A stretch of 64,000 bases of DNA from Octopus vulgaris (taxonomy: Eukaryota): contig OX597815.1 of NCBI GenBank assembly GCA_951406725.2, forward strand, positions 103,850,001 to 103,914,000. Reading direction: 5' to 3'. The notes under the pieces were generated by a model. That model searched no databases. It was not told where the DNA came from and worked only from the letters and a program-made list of their open reading frames with translations. The first letter of the stretch is position 1. Every line of letters starts with the position of its first letter. This document shows positions 14,217-29,049 of the stretch, piece after piece. A program made the position numbers and the translations under genes.

Positions 14217-15148
14217 ACTGAGTTGCGAATTAAAAGCTGCACTTGTTTTGTAAACATTATCAACCGCACATTTTCAATGATTTTAAAACGCCTGAAAGTT
14301 ATAGAGAAGCGAGACAACTCGCCCCTAGTCCCATTCAGGAGTGATAGATACCGATATTTCACCACTTTCGTGGTTTATCAACATCACGTACATGAATCGG
14401 AACGGTGACGAGCTACTGACTATATACAAATAGTGTAAGAGCCATTTGTCCGTATGCAATGCCGACGAATACGTAAAATCATATCCAATTACTAATTAAA
14501 ATCAGCGCTAGTGTTATGAACAATATCGTCAGCACAAACTCAATATATGCTTTGCAAAGTTCGTCGGTTCGCTGCAGAATAGTACTTTGGGGATGACTAC
14601 CTTACAGCAATGGGTGTTAAAACACTCAAAACGCATAGACAGGCGAGGCAAAAATGGCGACATATCGATATCCTTCACTCTTGAGTGGAAATGGAGGCGT
14701 ATTGTATGTATCATTCTTAAAATATATGCATATCTGACAATGTCCTGGCTACCTTCATTCAGTGATGTTTCAATTGCTTACAATGTATTCATTACTCAAC
14801 CCAGTCGCTATTCGAAATATCAGTGAATTTATTCACTCTTTCCTATACATCGGAGACGGCAAGTTTCACCTAGGCCTATGGCTGAGAATACGCTTTATTA
14901 AAACGACCTAAATAGGCCAAAAGTTATCCGGCGTTCTGGCTAGCTGTTCCCGTGACAAGTGAATATACGTTAAGATACATCGAACACTGTTTTCATTTAA
15001 CACTACTTGAATTGCGTACACCCGAGAGACACACCAACCCACATGCACATACACACACACACACACACCGCTGGCCTTTTTGTCTGCCAAAAGCCTTGCA
15101 CCATATAATATAATATAATATATAAATATGTGTGTGTTTGTATTCATA

Positions 15149-15191
<43 letters not shown>

Positions 15192-16189
15192 GCGTGTGTA
15201 TGTGTGTGTGCGTGCGTGCATGCGCGTATGTATGTTTATATGCATGCATGTGGCATCATTCAAAAGCTGCCAAAATGCGATAAAGTGCATTGAGATCAGC
15301 TGTGTATGAGACATCTGATAGCCTGACCAATATAGTAATGTGTGTGTGTGTGTGTGTGTGTGTGCTCGCGCGCACCTATTTCATTTAAACATTTATTTGT
15401 ATGCATATGTAATATGTTGTCAAATTTCGTCGCTCGAATCTTCGACTTGTTAACTGACAAAAAATTTCGCTGCATCTCATACATACATGCATGCATACAT
15501 ACATGCATGCATGCATACATACATACATATATACATACATACATACATACATACATACATACATACATACATACATACGTAGGTAAGCGGTTAGGTAGGT
15601 AGCTAGGTAGGTAGGTAGGTAGGTATATTTACGATTTTTCTAACAATTTTTTAAAGGCTGTAAAGTGTGTTATGTTGAGGATTTTTCTTCTGTACATAGC
15701 ACTTCAAATGATATCTTAAATGTTCAGGGTTTGTACTGATTCAGTAAAAGTTACTTAGCCTAGTAATAGACTTGGCCACTGCTTTTCATTGTTCTTTCAG
15801 TTCGGCAGCTCACTTTCTTTACTCTGAAATAGCTGTCGGGTAAAGAATGAGTGTTACAATATCCCATTTCGTCAATTTTAATATTTTAGCTTAATCACCA
15901 AAGCTACCAACTACTAGCAGTTTGTAAACAAATACCCCTACTAAATATCAATAGAGGTTTCAAATAGAATAACTAAAAATTTGGATGAGAGAACCGAGGC
16001 ACTTCATAGCGTTCACTGGAATAATAAAGGTAAAAAATGATAAGAAATAAAATTCATATTCAAATTAAAACGGAATACCGTAATATATATTGCCACACAC
16101 CTTAACGATTCACGACTCTGCCCATTCACTATTCACCTGGCTCAAATTTGCTTTGCAATCTTCCATAACCGATTAAATAAATAAAATGT

Positions 16190-16740
16190 AATTACTTGAA
16201 TTCATATAACCGATACTTTTCCAACCAAATTTATGTTTTGTTGCAAAATTTAAAAAATTTTTTCTAGAAATATCATTTCTATTGAACAGTCATTACTCAG
16301 TCAGTGCAGTTCTCTGTGTCATGGGCATTTATGGTGGTACATTTTGGTGTTATGTTGTGTATTGTAAGACCTTTCCGAAATATTTGTACAAATCTTTGCA
16401 TTAATCACAATGCACCTATTTCTATGAGTATGTTTCTGTTTTCAATCCCCACACTTTAGTTATTTCTATTTAAACATCTTTAAGCATCTCCATTTCTGTT
16501 CGAGAATATTACTGTCTATTGGGCACGGCAGTTAAGTATAATATCAATTCTTTATCAGCTGGCCATAATATTTCAACGATTTTCCTTCATTTATATGTCT
16601 CTATGAACTGGTACACTCTAGATATTAGTAAGTTTGTTTAAATATGGGAAATATAAGTGGAACATGTTTATTACTTCTCATATCTGGTGGTATTTCACAA
16701 TTTCCCATGCATAAAAGCTTCAACCCTGTCATGTCAGTAT
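16190..16740 (-). mobile_element. Possible ancient I/Nimb-type LINE C-terminal remnant (RNase H-like)
   Basis: Minus-strand fragments SVPVHRDI*MKENR*NIMA (resembling WVPxHxGIxGNExAD) and HNITPKCT...KFFKF...RLYEFK. Heavily decayed. Confidence 0.25.
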
Positions 16741-17979
16741 ATCAACATTTAAATTTGGCGGAGACTAGTCAGCTAGAAACAACGTAATATTTTATGTCTG
16801 GTGCTTTATGTATATGTTTGATAGTTCTTATTAGGAAACTTTCAAATTAGTTCTTATGAAGAAGAAATAATTTCTGCTGAGAGAGTATATATATAGTATA
16901 TCATTTTTCAAGCATATGTTAATGATATATTTGATATAGGACTCTATCGAATTACTGATATTTAACTGGGTCTTATTCCAAGTTAGAATTGAAAGTAAAG
17001 CCGTTTCTTTGTGACGTTTAAACATAAAGTTATAGCGCCATGACGAATGCGTGTTTTAAATCATTTCCTTGTAAAATCTATTTACTATTCCGTTATTGTA
17101 ATTACTTTTAATTTCAATGAGGTGTAAAGAATCTTTATTTCTTTTCATCCGAGACGGCGAACTATCTTCAATTGAGAATTGAAACCGGCACGCGAACTGG
17201 GAGTCTTATCTTCTTCAGTAACTGTTCTCAATATAAAACGAATGTAGTTATTAAAGGATATTCCCAATCAGGCGTAATAATTATTACACGATTAAAGTGA
17301 GCGGGACACGATAATCATTATCTTGATGTCTAAAGCTAACAAACAAAATGGGTAAATAACAATAAATTGAAGAGGGGAGATGACGAAAGTTGTGTTTAAA
17401 GCTCAGAGCACAAAAGAAAGACTTCAGTCGTTGGTGTTTCATATTGTTCTATATTCTATTATTTCAACATTAGCGATGTTTCCACTACTAAGACTGTCAA
17501 CAAAGCACCGTTCAAAGGATTGTTTTGTGACATGCCTACTCATGTTATCCGATGACGGACTTGATTCTAGTCAACACGCTCGAACATGTATGTATGCTCT
17601 ATATCGTTTTATTGATGTGTGCGTTAATAGAGAAATTACAAACATGTCGAATGACAAGCTGTTTTGCTCGGCCCTACCGATTTTAGCTCTTTCCGCTGTT
17701 GTTGTCAGTTTACTTTTAAAAACACGATAAAAAAAATATGAGTATTTCTTTACACACATATGCATATATATGTATTTATGCTCCATTACATGTTCCTGTG
17801 TACATGTGTGTATGCGTGTGTGTGTGTGTGTCTTTGGGAGTATATGAGTATATATATATACGTTCATGCTTATGGATATATTCAAAGATACATTTTCAGA
17901 TGTTTCATCAGCACGAAGCTGCTGGATTTTGTAGTTGCGATGCCACTAAACTGACTTATACGTTTTGTGTGTTGCCGTG

Positions 17980-18014
<35 letters not shown>

Positions 18015-18020
18015 GAGCGC

Positions 18021-18075
<55 letters not shown>

Positions 18076-18325
18076 GGTAGCGACATAACAGCCGAATTTC
18101 AATCTCAACGGTATATAAAGTTTCAGTGTCCTTGAAATTTTGCCTGTCGTTGACACTGAGATTGGGCTGTTGTGTCGCTACTACATGTCTGCTGCTGAGG
18201 AGCCTAAAACAGAGCAAACTCAAGTACTAGCCTTAAACAAAAATAAGTAATGGCGTCGATTCTTTCGACCAAAATATTTAAGTCGGTGCACTTAAGTCAG
18301 ATGACAGAAGTAAGTTAAAGAAATC

Positions 18326-18533
18326 GGAGAGCTGGCAGAAGTGTTAACAAGCCGGGCGAAATGTTTAGCGATATTTCGTCTGTCTTTACGTTCTGAGTTC
18401 AAATTCCGCCGTGGTCGACTTTGCCTTTCATCCTTTCGGGGTTGATAAATTAAGTACTAGTTGTGTACTGGGTCGATCTAATCGACTGGCCTTTCCCCTA
18501 AAATTTCGGGCCTTGTATCTCAGGTAGAAAAGT
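18326..18533 (+). mobile_element. SINE family A, full length
   Basis: gagctggcagaag...gggcgaaatg...gttctgagttcaaattccgccg...ttgcctttcatcctttcgggg, with the aaaatttcgggccttgt...agaaaag tail. Confidence 0.88.
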
Positions 18534-18602
18534 AAAGAAATAAGTTAAATATAAAAGATATGTTTATATATATATATATATATATACGTGATATATATAT
18601 AT

Positions 18603-18850
18603 AATTATTAAGTTTGAAAACGGAGAGATCTAATGGATGCAAATTAATTTATAAATTAATTAACATCTTCACCTACAAATATTTCATTTCGCATCCAATT
18701 TAAACTACAAAACATATATACATATATAATCTTGCATTTCAAAATACCTTGGGAGGAAAATCATCAGAGCATGTAAAGGGCAATACAAGAGATACATTAT
18801 GATCTGTTAGAATACTCCAATATACTAAGATTATAAAAGCATGTTTATTA
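18603..18850 (-). mobile_element. PLE-like terminal fragment with a degenerate HHR
   Basis: Starts at a TA tract. The minus strand reads CTGATGA (18761-18767)...GAAAT-attt-GTA-ggtgaag (about 18668-18685). Stem I is weak. Confidence 0.4.
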
Positions 18851-18908
18851 CATATGTGTATGGTTGTGTGCGCGTATGCGTTAAAATTATTACTTCAATT
18901 TTTAGCTC

Positions 18909-18948
<40 letters not shown>

Positions 18949-19781
18949 TTAATGTGTTACAGCATATAAGAATAAAAAACGTAATGAATAAAATAAAATA
19001 AAAAGTGAAATAGATATATCTGTGTGTGTGTGTGTGTGTTTGTGGTTAAATCTTTTGATACCTGGGAGTAAAGTTAAAATTACTAGATACTGCATCATTT
19101 AATGTTTAGTCAGTCAAGCACCTGAATACAGTAAAATATGTTGAAATATACATATATGCAGATTCGTGTTGAAATTTTAATAATAAATTTCAGTCTTCTT
19201 CGTCATCTGAATTTTTCTTTCTCATCCTTCATTCTTAATCTTTCTTAAACTTTCCTCTATCACGCATTTCTTCAAAAAACAATTATATTCAGAAAAGAAT
19301 AGGGCGAATATTTGAAACAAACAAAGAAAAAAAAAGATGATAATAATGATGTTCTAACACCAGACGCTACTTCGTGAAGTTCAAACTTAAGCGCAGATGT
19401 AGTAGTATTTATGAAGATAGCATAAATTTCCATTCTGAAAATTAATTTGAATACTTGACAACAGAAATACCAAAGCACAAGTACTTTTTTAAATATCTTT
19501 TATTCGTCTTTATTGAATGTCAACATATAACTATTCATACATTTTCTAATTAATATCCAGATATATCTGGGACTTAAAAATGTGTGTGCGAAAAGTCTAC
19601 TGTAGATGTGTGCATGCTTCTGTATGTGTGAAAGTGAATCTGCGTAACACCTGTCTGCATGCATGTATGCGCCTGTGATTGCCTTCTATGTATAACTAAT
19701 TATTTCTATGAATGCAAACAGTATACTGAGAGAAATAGAATAATGAATATCATAATTTACATATGTATATATATATTTGTG

Positions 19782-19813
<32 letters not shown>

Positions 19814-19917
19814 TGTATGTATATATCTGTGTGTGTGTATGTGTGTGTACGTATATATATATATATATATATGTGTGCATGTATGTATGTATGTATATAT
19901 ATGTATGCACATGTATG

Positions 19918-19969
<52 letters not shown>

Positions 19970-20042
19970 AATACATATATTTATATATAATACTAAGTAG
20001 CTAGTTAGGAAAATATACGAGATGAAAGGAGTATTTACACTC

Positions 20043-20396
20043 AGAAGTAGTGTTTAACGTCACCTACACATGGGTATTCCCTTGGAACTGACGATACTGC
20101 TATCTATTTTTCTAACCAGTTACCTTGCTTGTTGCAAGATCAGTGACTCAGTGTCACTTATTTCTATACTTTGCGACTTAGTGTGAACTACTGGTATGTT
20201 TAGCGGAGAAGCATGCATCACCGAGGATGACAATAAAGGGGTCGAAACCGCTCACTTTCTGGTGCTCTCGGGGCTAAAATACTAGGGAGTCCTCTTCCCG
20301 CTTGCAATGTATATCGATTGCAGAGTGCACTGGATAACCAGCTGGAAGAGGCGTCTTCCTGTGGTTAAAATAGCAGTAACGTTAAACACTACTTCT
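20043..20396. repeat. Element with terminal inverted repeats and an internal degenerate HHR
   Basis: agaagtagtgtttaacgt (20043-20060) pairs with acgttaaacactacttct (20379-20396). Internal ccgagga-tgac...gtc-GAAAC-cg-ctc at 20221-20253. Confidence 0.6.
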
Positions 20397-20458
20397 CTCT
20401 CCTCTCTTTTCCTCTCTCTCTTTCTCTCTGTCTTTCTCTTTTTCTCTCTCCCTCTTCA

Positions 20459-20552
<94 letters not shown>

Positions 20553-20562
20553 TATATAATAA

Positions 20563-20812
20563 ATAAATGCGCCTTTTAAAGCCTAGCCAGGCTCATGGGC
20601 CCGGTTTCCCGGTTTCCATGGCGTACGTGTTCCCCAGCTGGATGGAACGCCAGTCCATCGCAGCGTTACTCATTTTTGCCAGCTGAGTGGACTGGAGCAA
20701 CGGGAAATGAAGTGTTTTGCTCAAGAACACAACGCGTCGCCCGGTCCAGGAATCGTAACTACAATGTTACGATCATGATACTGTCACCCTAACCACAAAA
20801 CCACGCGCCTCC
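20563..20812 (-). mobile_element. tRNA-derived SINE family C (Nin/Deu-like central domain)
   Basis: The minus strand has a tRNA-like head (ggaggcgcgtgg...tggttagggtg...cgattcctgg), then ttcttgagcaaaacacttca...ccactcagctggcaaaaatgagtaac. Confidence 0.75.
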
Positions 20813-20893
20813 ACACACACACACATATACACACACACATACACACACGCACACACACACACGCACACACACATACACACACGCACACACACG

Positions 20894-20925
<32 letters not shown>

Positions 20926-21654
20926 AATATTATACAGTTGAATAAAATTTGGATAAAAAGTTTTGTAGTACGCTATTAAAATCTCAACAGATACTGGGTA
21001 GCAAATGTTATCATACAGTGAGAATTGCATCACTGGATATACATCTAGAGAATAAATAAGGAGTGATTCATCGAGGACCATGAAATAGAATGTTAAATCC
21101 ATGGTCACTAGGATATGAAAAAAGAGTACAAAGACAAAACAAATAATCTATAGATAAGCCTTCTACGACTAGAATAAAACTAAAGGTGTGTGTTTGTCCC
21201 ACACGAGTACACCACAATTTTATAATGTGGACGTTAACTCAAGATGAATCAAAAGTGTAAATCGAGATAAGCTAAACGACAATGCAGTCCAATTAGGAAA
21301 TAGCAGCGGCAGAAAAAGAGATATCGAGATGGAATTCCTAATATCAGAGAGAAACACTGGAAAAGAAATACGAGGAAGAGAAGAAAATGAACGAGTGAAT
21401 AACGATAAAAGAAAAGAGAGCGATAAACAAGAACGAATGAGAGTTATAGGAAAGAAAGGGAAGAAAATAAAGTATTTTTAATAAAATAACGAATAATGGC
21501 AAGAAATAGTGCTTGTGTCAGTGTCGCAAATAAATGCGGTTAAACAAGAACATGAGAATAAAAGAAATAAAAGGGAAAACAGGAATTTGACTTCCGTTAA
21601 TTCCGTAAACTGAGGCATATGCAGTTTAGGCAGTATGGATAATCCTGCCTGAAC

Positions 21655-22254
21655 TAGTTGCACAACATTCAAAACAAGTGGTGGTTTGCCTACAATCCAT
21701 ATGATGTCCCATGATGTCTCATGAAAATCAAATTCCTCCTAACTGTGATGGTCTTTGTGTGTATCTCCCGTGAGAGTGATATCGTTCCACCCAACATATT
21801 TGAACAGGGCTCAATTGAGACAGCTACGTGAAGCTGATGGAGACAGCGATCAAACCCTTGCTGGAGAGTTGCCGCTGGATGGCCATATGTGTGACAGCAA
21901 AGTTCGGCTAGTTGCCACACTCCCGGAAAGAGTCAGAATTGATTGTCAGAGAATTACTACGACATCACCAATTTCTGGCCTCCTTTCCCCCATCCCCCCA
22001 TTGTAATCCCATCTGGAAATCAGTTGAGAAAGACACAGACCGCCCTATATGCAACACCAATATGAAACTAGTGTTCAAGATCAAGGTGTTTGAAGAATTC
22101 AGTATGGAACGCTTTCAAAGCTCTCTTGAAGCCGTTATAGAAGCTGAAGGCGGCTACTTTGAATAAATTGATTTCTCCCGTTTTGTTAATACTTTTTGCT
22201 TATTTTTTCAATAATCTTACTTTTGGAATCTCTCAAATTATCCCGAAGACCCTG
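21655..22254 (+). mobile_element. Tc1/mariner-superfamily (maT/DD37D-like) transposase 3' remnant with right TIR
   Basis: Fragments QNKWWFAYNPYDVP, MKIKFLLTVMVF, WPYV*QQSSASCH, NFWPP, WKSVEKDT and LEAVIEAEGGYFE*. It ends in tctctcaaattatcccgaagaccctg next to a TA-rich tract. Confidence 0.8.
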
Positions 22255-22267
22255 CATATATAAATAA

Positions 22268-22301
<34 letters not shown>

Positions 22302-23003
22302 CTGTGTGTGTATACATACATATATACGAATAAACACATTCACATGCACACGCGGCGCATATACTACTTCTGCACACATGCATACATATATACATCAGAT
22401 AGAGAAAGAGAGAGGCGAGAAAGAGCCTTGTGTACACATACCTGACTAATTTGTCCTTTAATTTAACTCATGTTTCATTTACATTTTGTAAAATAGTCAT
22501 ATATTTTGCTATGAGGTTTTTACTTTAAATTTGTTATTTATTGATGTCTAGCTTTCAGGGGGAATGTATTCTAAATGTCAGGTAAATTTTATGGATGCTA
22601 ATAAATCAGATGTAATTTAGTCCACATTATAATCAGGTATATTTTCTAGGGCCTATTTACTTTTTTATCATATGTTTTACCTGATATTTTATTTTTCTCC
22701 CAACCATGTCTTAAATTATAGCTTGAACGAGGAAATATATCTGATGATGCAATTAGAAACTTGAGAACTTAAGACAACTTATGCAACCACAGAAGCATAC
22801 TTGTACAACTAGCAACAATCTCTCAGCTGATTGTGTATTTTTATATTAGACTAGGTTTCGTTAGTTTCTTTCTTATTAATTGTCCTCTTTCACTGATTTC
22901 AGGCATTGGATTGCAGTCATGTTAGACCTCTGGTCATGCCAGTTTTAGATTTTAGAACTTATTTCAGTCTGGTATATACTTTTTGATGGCTATGTCACGA
23001 ATA

Positions 23004-23067
<64 letters not shown>

Positions 23068-24908
23068 ATACACACATATTTATATGATTGTATCTTACAT
23101 CAAGGTGTCGTGCGGTTGACGCTAGACAAACATGCTCATCAGTAAGAACGAGAATTTTTAGTCGTTGTTGAGTACAAAAACGTCTATAAGCATTAGAGAA
23201 TAACATGATTTACTGGCACGTAATTTTATGGGATTCTACGCATATATCATGCAGTTGCGTATTGAGTATTGTTTTGCCATGGCGAGTAAGTCATTCAGAA
23301 TTATAAAGACATCGCTGGACATGATTTGATTTTATCAGACCCTTCAGAGAAGCATAGGTATCCTTAGATAGTGTTATCAATCAATATTTTTGTCCATTGA
23401 CAAAAACCCTATATACTTCTCTATTGCTTCTGAGATTTCTTCTAGTGGTTAGCTTAGATATTACTGAGAAGTTTGAATAAGGAAGAAACACAGCAGAAGT
23501 TTTAATCGCAGTTCTAAAGATCAGAGTCACGATTTTGTAACAACTCTGCCACTTTAACGTCTTTGATATAGTATACTATACAATATTAAAGTTTAGTATA
23601 GTATATCGTGTTCATGTGTAATGTATATACTGTGTGGCAAGACAGCCTCTTTAGAATATCGGAATAAATTCAAATAGATTTTAGAGCTGATGGAATCAAA
23701 TATAAATTAAACAACATTCAACGTATTGTTACAACTACATAAATAAATCTTGTTTAAACAATGTGAACATGATCATGCATTTTATTTAGTGCATATGATG
23801 TATATATGTGGTAGCATATTTGGAGTGGGTATGTATGTGGTTTGTGCTTAACAAGTTTATCTTCATGAATCCAAATGTACTTGAATGCTTACATAAGCAA
23901 AATACAAGTTATTCATTGCAGTACCCGCTATAAACATACAGACGTGAAATACATTTAAATCACCTCAACATGTTTATACATTTATTAGTGTGTCTGTGTT
24001 TGCCTTAAGTGCACTTGAATGCCTGAAATCTTTGGAATGTGTGTTTCTGTGTTTGTGCATTTGTGAACGAGTAAGGTGTGTATATGTTTGCGTGTGTTTA
24101 TGTTTAGTGCATAAGTGTATATATATTTGGGTGTTTGTAAATGTCTTGCGTAAAGTTGCGTGCGTGTTTTATGAATAAGTACATTTGTTTCAACGTACGT
24201 GATAGTTCGATTGTGTGCGTACATTGCTGTATCTGAAATTGTACGTGTATGTATATATGTATATACTTGTAAAAGCAATTGTTTTGTTGTGACATTTTTC
24301 TACAGAGATTAAATCTCTCGTACAATATCTATCGCTCATTTCTGATCTGAACACCAAGTTTTCCGTCACTTTGACTTTATTTCTTTTCATCTTTCTCCTA
24401 CTCACACTATGTTTATTTTTATCTAACTACTTCATTTTCATAAAACCCTGAAGTTTATCGTAACTAACCTTTTAGTGTTTCAAGTACTAGTTTCTGTGCA
24501 TGTGTGCAAATGCGTGCGCTCGCGCGCGCGCGCGTGTGTGTATGTGTGTGAAAAAGAGAGAAAGTAGGAGATATACAGAGAATGAATACGTAAGAGAGTG
24601 AGCCAGAAAGCAATTTAGTCAGTGATCCTGGCTCACAGAGTTCTTCGTGAAGATGTTTGGGTGCTTTCACTTCATTTTTACGTGTTTAGTTGCATAACAT
24701 CTCGCACAATATGTTGTTATCATAAACTCAGACCGTTTAAGTCATATGAAGAATTTATACAGTCGAATGTGGAAATCTTCGGAAGAATATTGACTACACT
24801 GAGACTTAATCCATCGTCCTGTTTAACACAATAAGCTGTGGGAAATATAAGTCTCCCATTCCCACCCCTAGATATTTGTGTGTGAATGTGTGTATGCGTA
24901 TTTGTGAC

Positions 24909-24976
<68 letters not shown>

Positions 24977-25090
24977 ATACACACATACACACGCGCACGC
25001 GCACACACGCACACGCACACAGGCACACATACGCACGCACACACACACATACACACGCACACACACAGATACACACACAGACACATACAG

Positions 25091-25127
<37 letters not shown>

Positions 25128-25181
25128 AACATATATATATAGGAACAATGAGGATAAACAGATTTTTTATTCTAATGACCA

Positions 25182-25223
<42 letters not shown>

Positions 25224-25800
25224 GTGTGTGTGTGTGTGATTAGAATTTGTTTGAGGGAATTAACATAAAATGAATTTTGGTATTTGTATATGTGAGCATG
25301 ATGGGATAGAGATTCGATATAAGTGTCCTAAATTTGTGATTACCTGTAGGATTTGCCTGTCAGTCGACTGCTCAATAAGCTATAAATAACTACAAGAGTG
25401 TAAAGTATGCGTAAGTTTATACCGAAGTAGGGTATTAAAGATGATCGAGGTTGGATGGTTTCTAGAGAAAGAGAAAATGAACACTAGTGTGTAAAGTGAA
25501 AAATATACGGAACAACCTGAGACGGTCATTGAATTGATTGCTATATAGATATGAAATAGAAAATATATGGGAGAGAATGTAGATTAAATAAAGTAAATTA
25601 GATAATTCAGTAAAAGTAATAGGATGAGGTTTGTAAATAAATAAAGTAGATTAGAATATTTATTGTGCTAAACCACATCTCTAGAAGATTGGCCGGAGAC
25701 TCTTGTTCTGATATTTTTTCCTTTACCTATCTCTTTATATGGTGTGTTTGTCGGCTGTCTTTCTATTCCGTATTTCGAGGTGCATATATGTATATGTGTG

Positions 25801-25835
<35 letters not shown>

Positions 25836-25899
25836 CCTTGCCAACAGTAGAGCAATGCCTCCATGATGGCCACATTTTATCCTGATTCCCTTTCCTTTA

Positions 25900-26388
25900 T
25901 TGTCTGGGGAGAGTCATTCTCTTTTAGTGCCTTATTATTTAACACACTCACCGGTAAAATTTCCACTGATTTCTTATTTTTATTTTCTACAGACGGATAG
26001 GTCCATAGGTTACAAGAACAGACGCATATGGAGACACGGATCCACACATATAAAGATGCACATCCATACATACAAACATGGTCCATAGTTACATAACACA
26101 CATACATACATATGCATACACACACATATATACATACACATGCAAACACACGCACACATACATACGTACGTGTATACATGTATAGGCACACACACACACT
26201 GACCCACAGACATGCGGACAAACAAACAAAAAGGAACGCAATGTAAATAACGGACAGAGTCAAGACTATTCAAAAGGCTGCAAGACGCAACGAAAATTTT
26301 AGAAAATAAAAATAAGAACTAAGTGGAAATTTTACCGGAGTGTGTGTTAAATAATAAGGCACTAAAAGAAAAATGACTCTCCCCAGAC
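25900..26388. repeat. About 90-bp inverted repeat pair at a TA tract (PLE-like inverted terminus)
   Basis: 25900-25989 (tgtctggggagagtcatt...ttttcta) is the reverse complement of 26300-26388 with a few mismatches. The spacer is CA-rich. Confidence 0.85.
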
Positions 26389-26554
26389 ACAACAGAATAT
26401 GCTTCAACACACGAACTCATATAAAGAATATTGCAAACCATATCCAAAAACGAAATATATATATATGTAGCTTCAGCCGTGTTTTTCTGACGTGAATTTG
26501 CTACCCAGGTATCGGTTAGCCGAATTATCCATACTAAGATAATTCATTCAACTA

Positions 26555-26622
<68 letters not shown>

Positions 26623-26846
26623 AAAAAGGAGATGTGGAACACGAGTTGTGATATATAAAAAAAAGAAATGAAGAAAATGCTGACAAAAAAATCTATCAGA
26701 GAAAAATCTATCAGAAAGGAACTCTATCTCTCTTAAAAAAAATCTTTTCATAAGCATAACAAATGCGCAACCGGTAAAAATAACTTTCACCTAATTAAAT
26801 ACACTCTCCCTTACTTAAATTATTTAGTCACCATTTTCTTCATTTC

Positions 26847-26920
<74 letters not shown>

Positions 26921-27327
26921 GTATGTATTTATGTATATATATATGTATATATATATGCATCTATGTATTTACGTATGAATAGACAGAAAGAAAGATAGAT
27001 AAAAACAGAATGAGAAAGCGAAATGGGGGAGAGTATTGTGTGGGATGAAGAATATATAGAAAGATCTGTGCAAGTAAAAAATGTGAGAATCACAAATATG
27101 GATGCAAGACAGTGAGAACGCATTACAGATGAAGTAAACAAATAAGGTAAATTGGATAAATAAATGGAAGTAATAAAGTGAGAGTATTAAAGAAATTAAG
27201 AATAAATAAAACAATGAAGCAAATTAATCGTAGTAAGTCACATCTCCAGCATTTTGGTTGCAGATTCTTGTTGTTCTGAAGAAACTGCCGTTGATGTTGC
27301 TTTTGGTTATTGTTCTTATTATTCATA

Positions 27328-27368
27328 TTGCTAAACATGTGCGTATATGTATGTGTGTGTGTGTGTGC

Positions 27369-27445
<77 letters not shown>

Positions 27446-27538
27446 CTGTACGTACGCGTGCATGAGTACTGGTGCCTTTGTTATATGGATAATCAAACGG
27501 ATAAGATAGACAGACAGACAGACAGACAGAAGACAGAC

Positions 27539-27569
<31 letters not shown>

Positions 27570-27707
27570 GAGGCAGACAGACAGACAGACAAACAGGCAG
27601 GCAGGCAGGCATGCAGGCAGGCAGGCAGGCAGACAGACAGACAGACAGGCAGGCAGGCAGATATATAGATAGACATACAGACAGACAGACAGACACCCAG
27701 ACAGACT

Positions 27708-27792
<85 letters not shown>

Positions 27793-28313
27793 GAAAAGTA
27801 ACAGTAGATAAAGTGCAACAACGGCGTCGACGAATGTTTCGTCAGAACAAGTAGAATCTACGGCCAGAGATGTTATTTAGCACGATAAATTTTCCAGCAA
27901 ATCTTCCATTGATCTCAACTTAATCGTAGAATGAAAAAAGACCAATGTTTCTTAGCTTAGTAACAGTTCCAATTTGTTAGAAACCTAGAAATTCACCAGA
28001 GAGAACGTCAGATCATTAGTTTTTAAAATAAATTAAGTTTTGCTAAAATGCACACACACACATGCACACACACACATACGCACGCAAGCACGCACTATAC
28101 AGCGTAACGTAATGCAATAATATTAATGTAATAAGTTAAAGTGAAACTACGATGATTAATTTACTTTGCAACTATATCGATTGCTGCTAAAGTAGAAAAT
28201 AAAACAAAACCTTAACACACTGACACATACAAGCAGCATATCTATCTATCTATCTCCCTCTCTCTCTATCCTCTTTCTCTCTCTCCCCCCTCTCTCTCTT
28301 TACATATATATAT

Positions 28314-28355
<42 letters not shown>

Positions 28356-28895
28356 GTTCCAAATTTAAAGGAGTAGACCAGGTAAAATGTAATTTACATA
28401 TGTTTCCTAACTAGCTGAAGCCTATTATACAATTGCTGTGCAACGGACTCTCGTCAATATAACTAGTCAATCAAGCTGAAATTACCTCAATAAAGTTTAC
28501 ATTGCGGCATGGAAATTCTCAAGTCAGCCACAACAAAATGGTAGGTCCAGATAAATAGAAAAGTCAATGACAAAGAATAAAATAATGTTTAGAAGACCAG
28601 TGAACGTTTTAACATAAGGTGAGACCCAAATGTGCATAGAGGAGGTGTGGCTTAGAGTCAAAGAGTAGGAAGAAAGGAGAAAGAGGAAGAAATAAAAGAA
28701 TAAAAAGATTGTTATCGTAATAGGGAAAGGCGAGGTATTGGGGCAATAAGAACCTTATCGAGAAATGTTGACAGATTTCAGCTAACTGGTATATTGTCGT
28801 GAGGAAATTGGTATAGGGTCGGTGTCGTTTAGTTCTATAGAACAAAGGCACTAGTACACATGCACACGTATGTACAGCTACATACACGCACCGTG

Positions 28896-28990
<95 letters not shown>

Positions 28991-29049
28991 CGCGCACACA
29001 CACACACACACATACTCACACACACACACAATACGCACATGTTTAGCAA
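27328..29049. repeat. Long-range inverted repeat with arms 27328-27489 and 28835-29049; each arm contains a (GT)n/(CA)n tract
   Basis: ttgctaaacatgtgcgtat...(gt)n...tgtagctgtac...ggtgcctttgtt is mirrored by aacaaaggcactagtac...gtacagctaca...(ca)n...atacgcacatgtttagcaa. Confidence 0.85.
28335..28600 (-). mobile_element. PLE-like terminal fragment with a degenerate HHR
   Basis: Minus strand reads gtaatt-(tcagcttga)-ttgactagtt...agctagttag-GAAAC-atat-GTA-aattac (about 28389-28486). Stems I and II pair but the core is altered. It abuts (TA)n. Confidence 0.5.
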
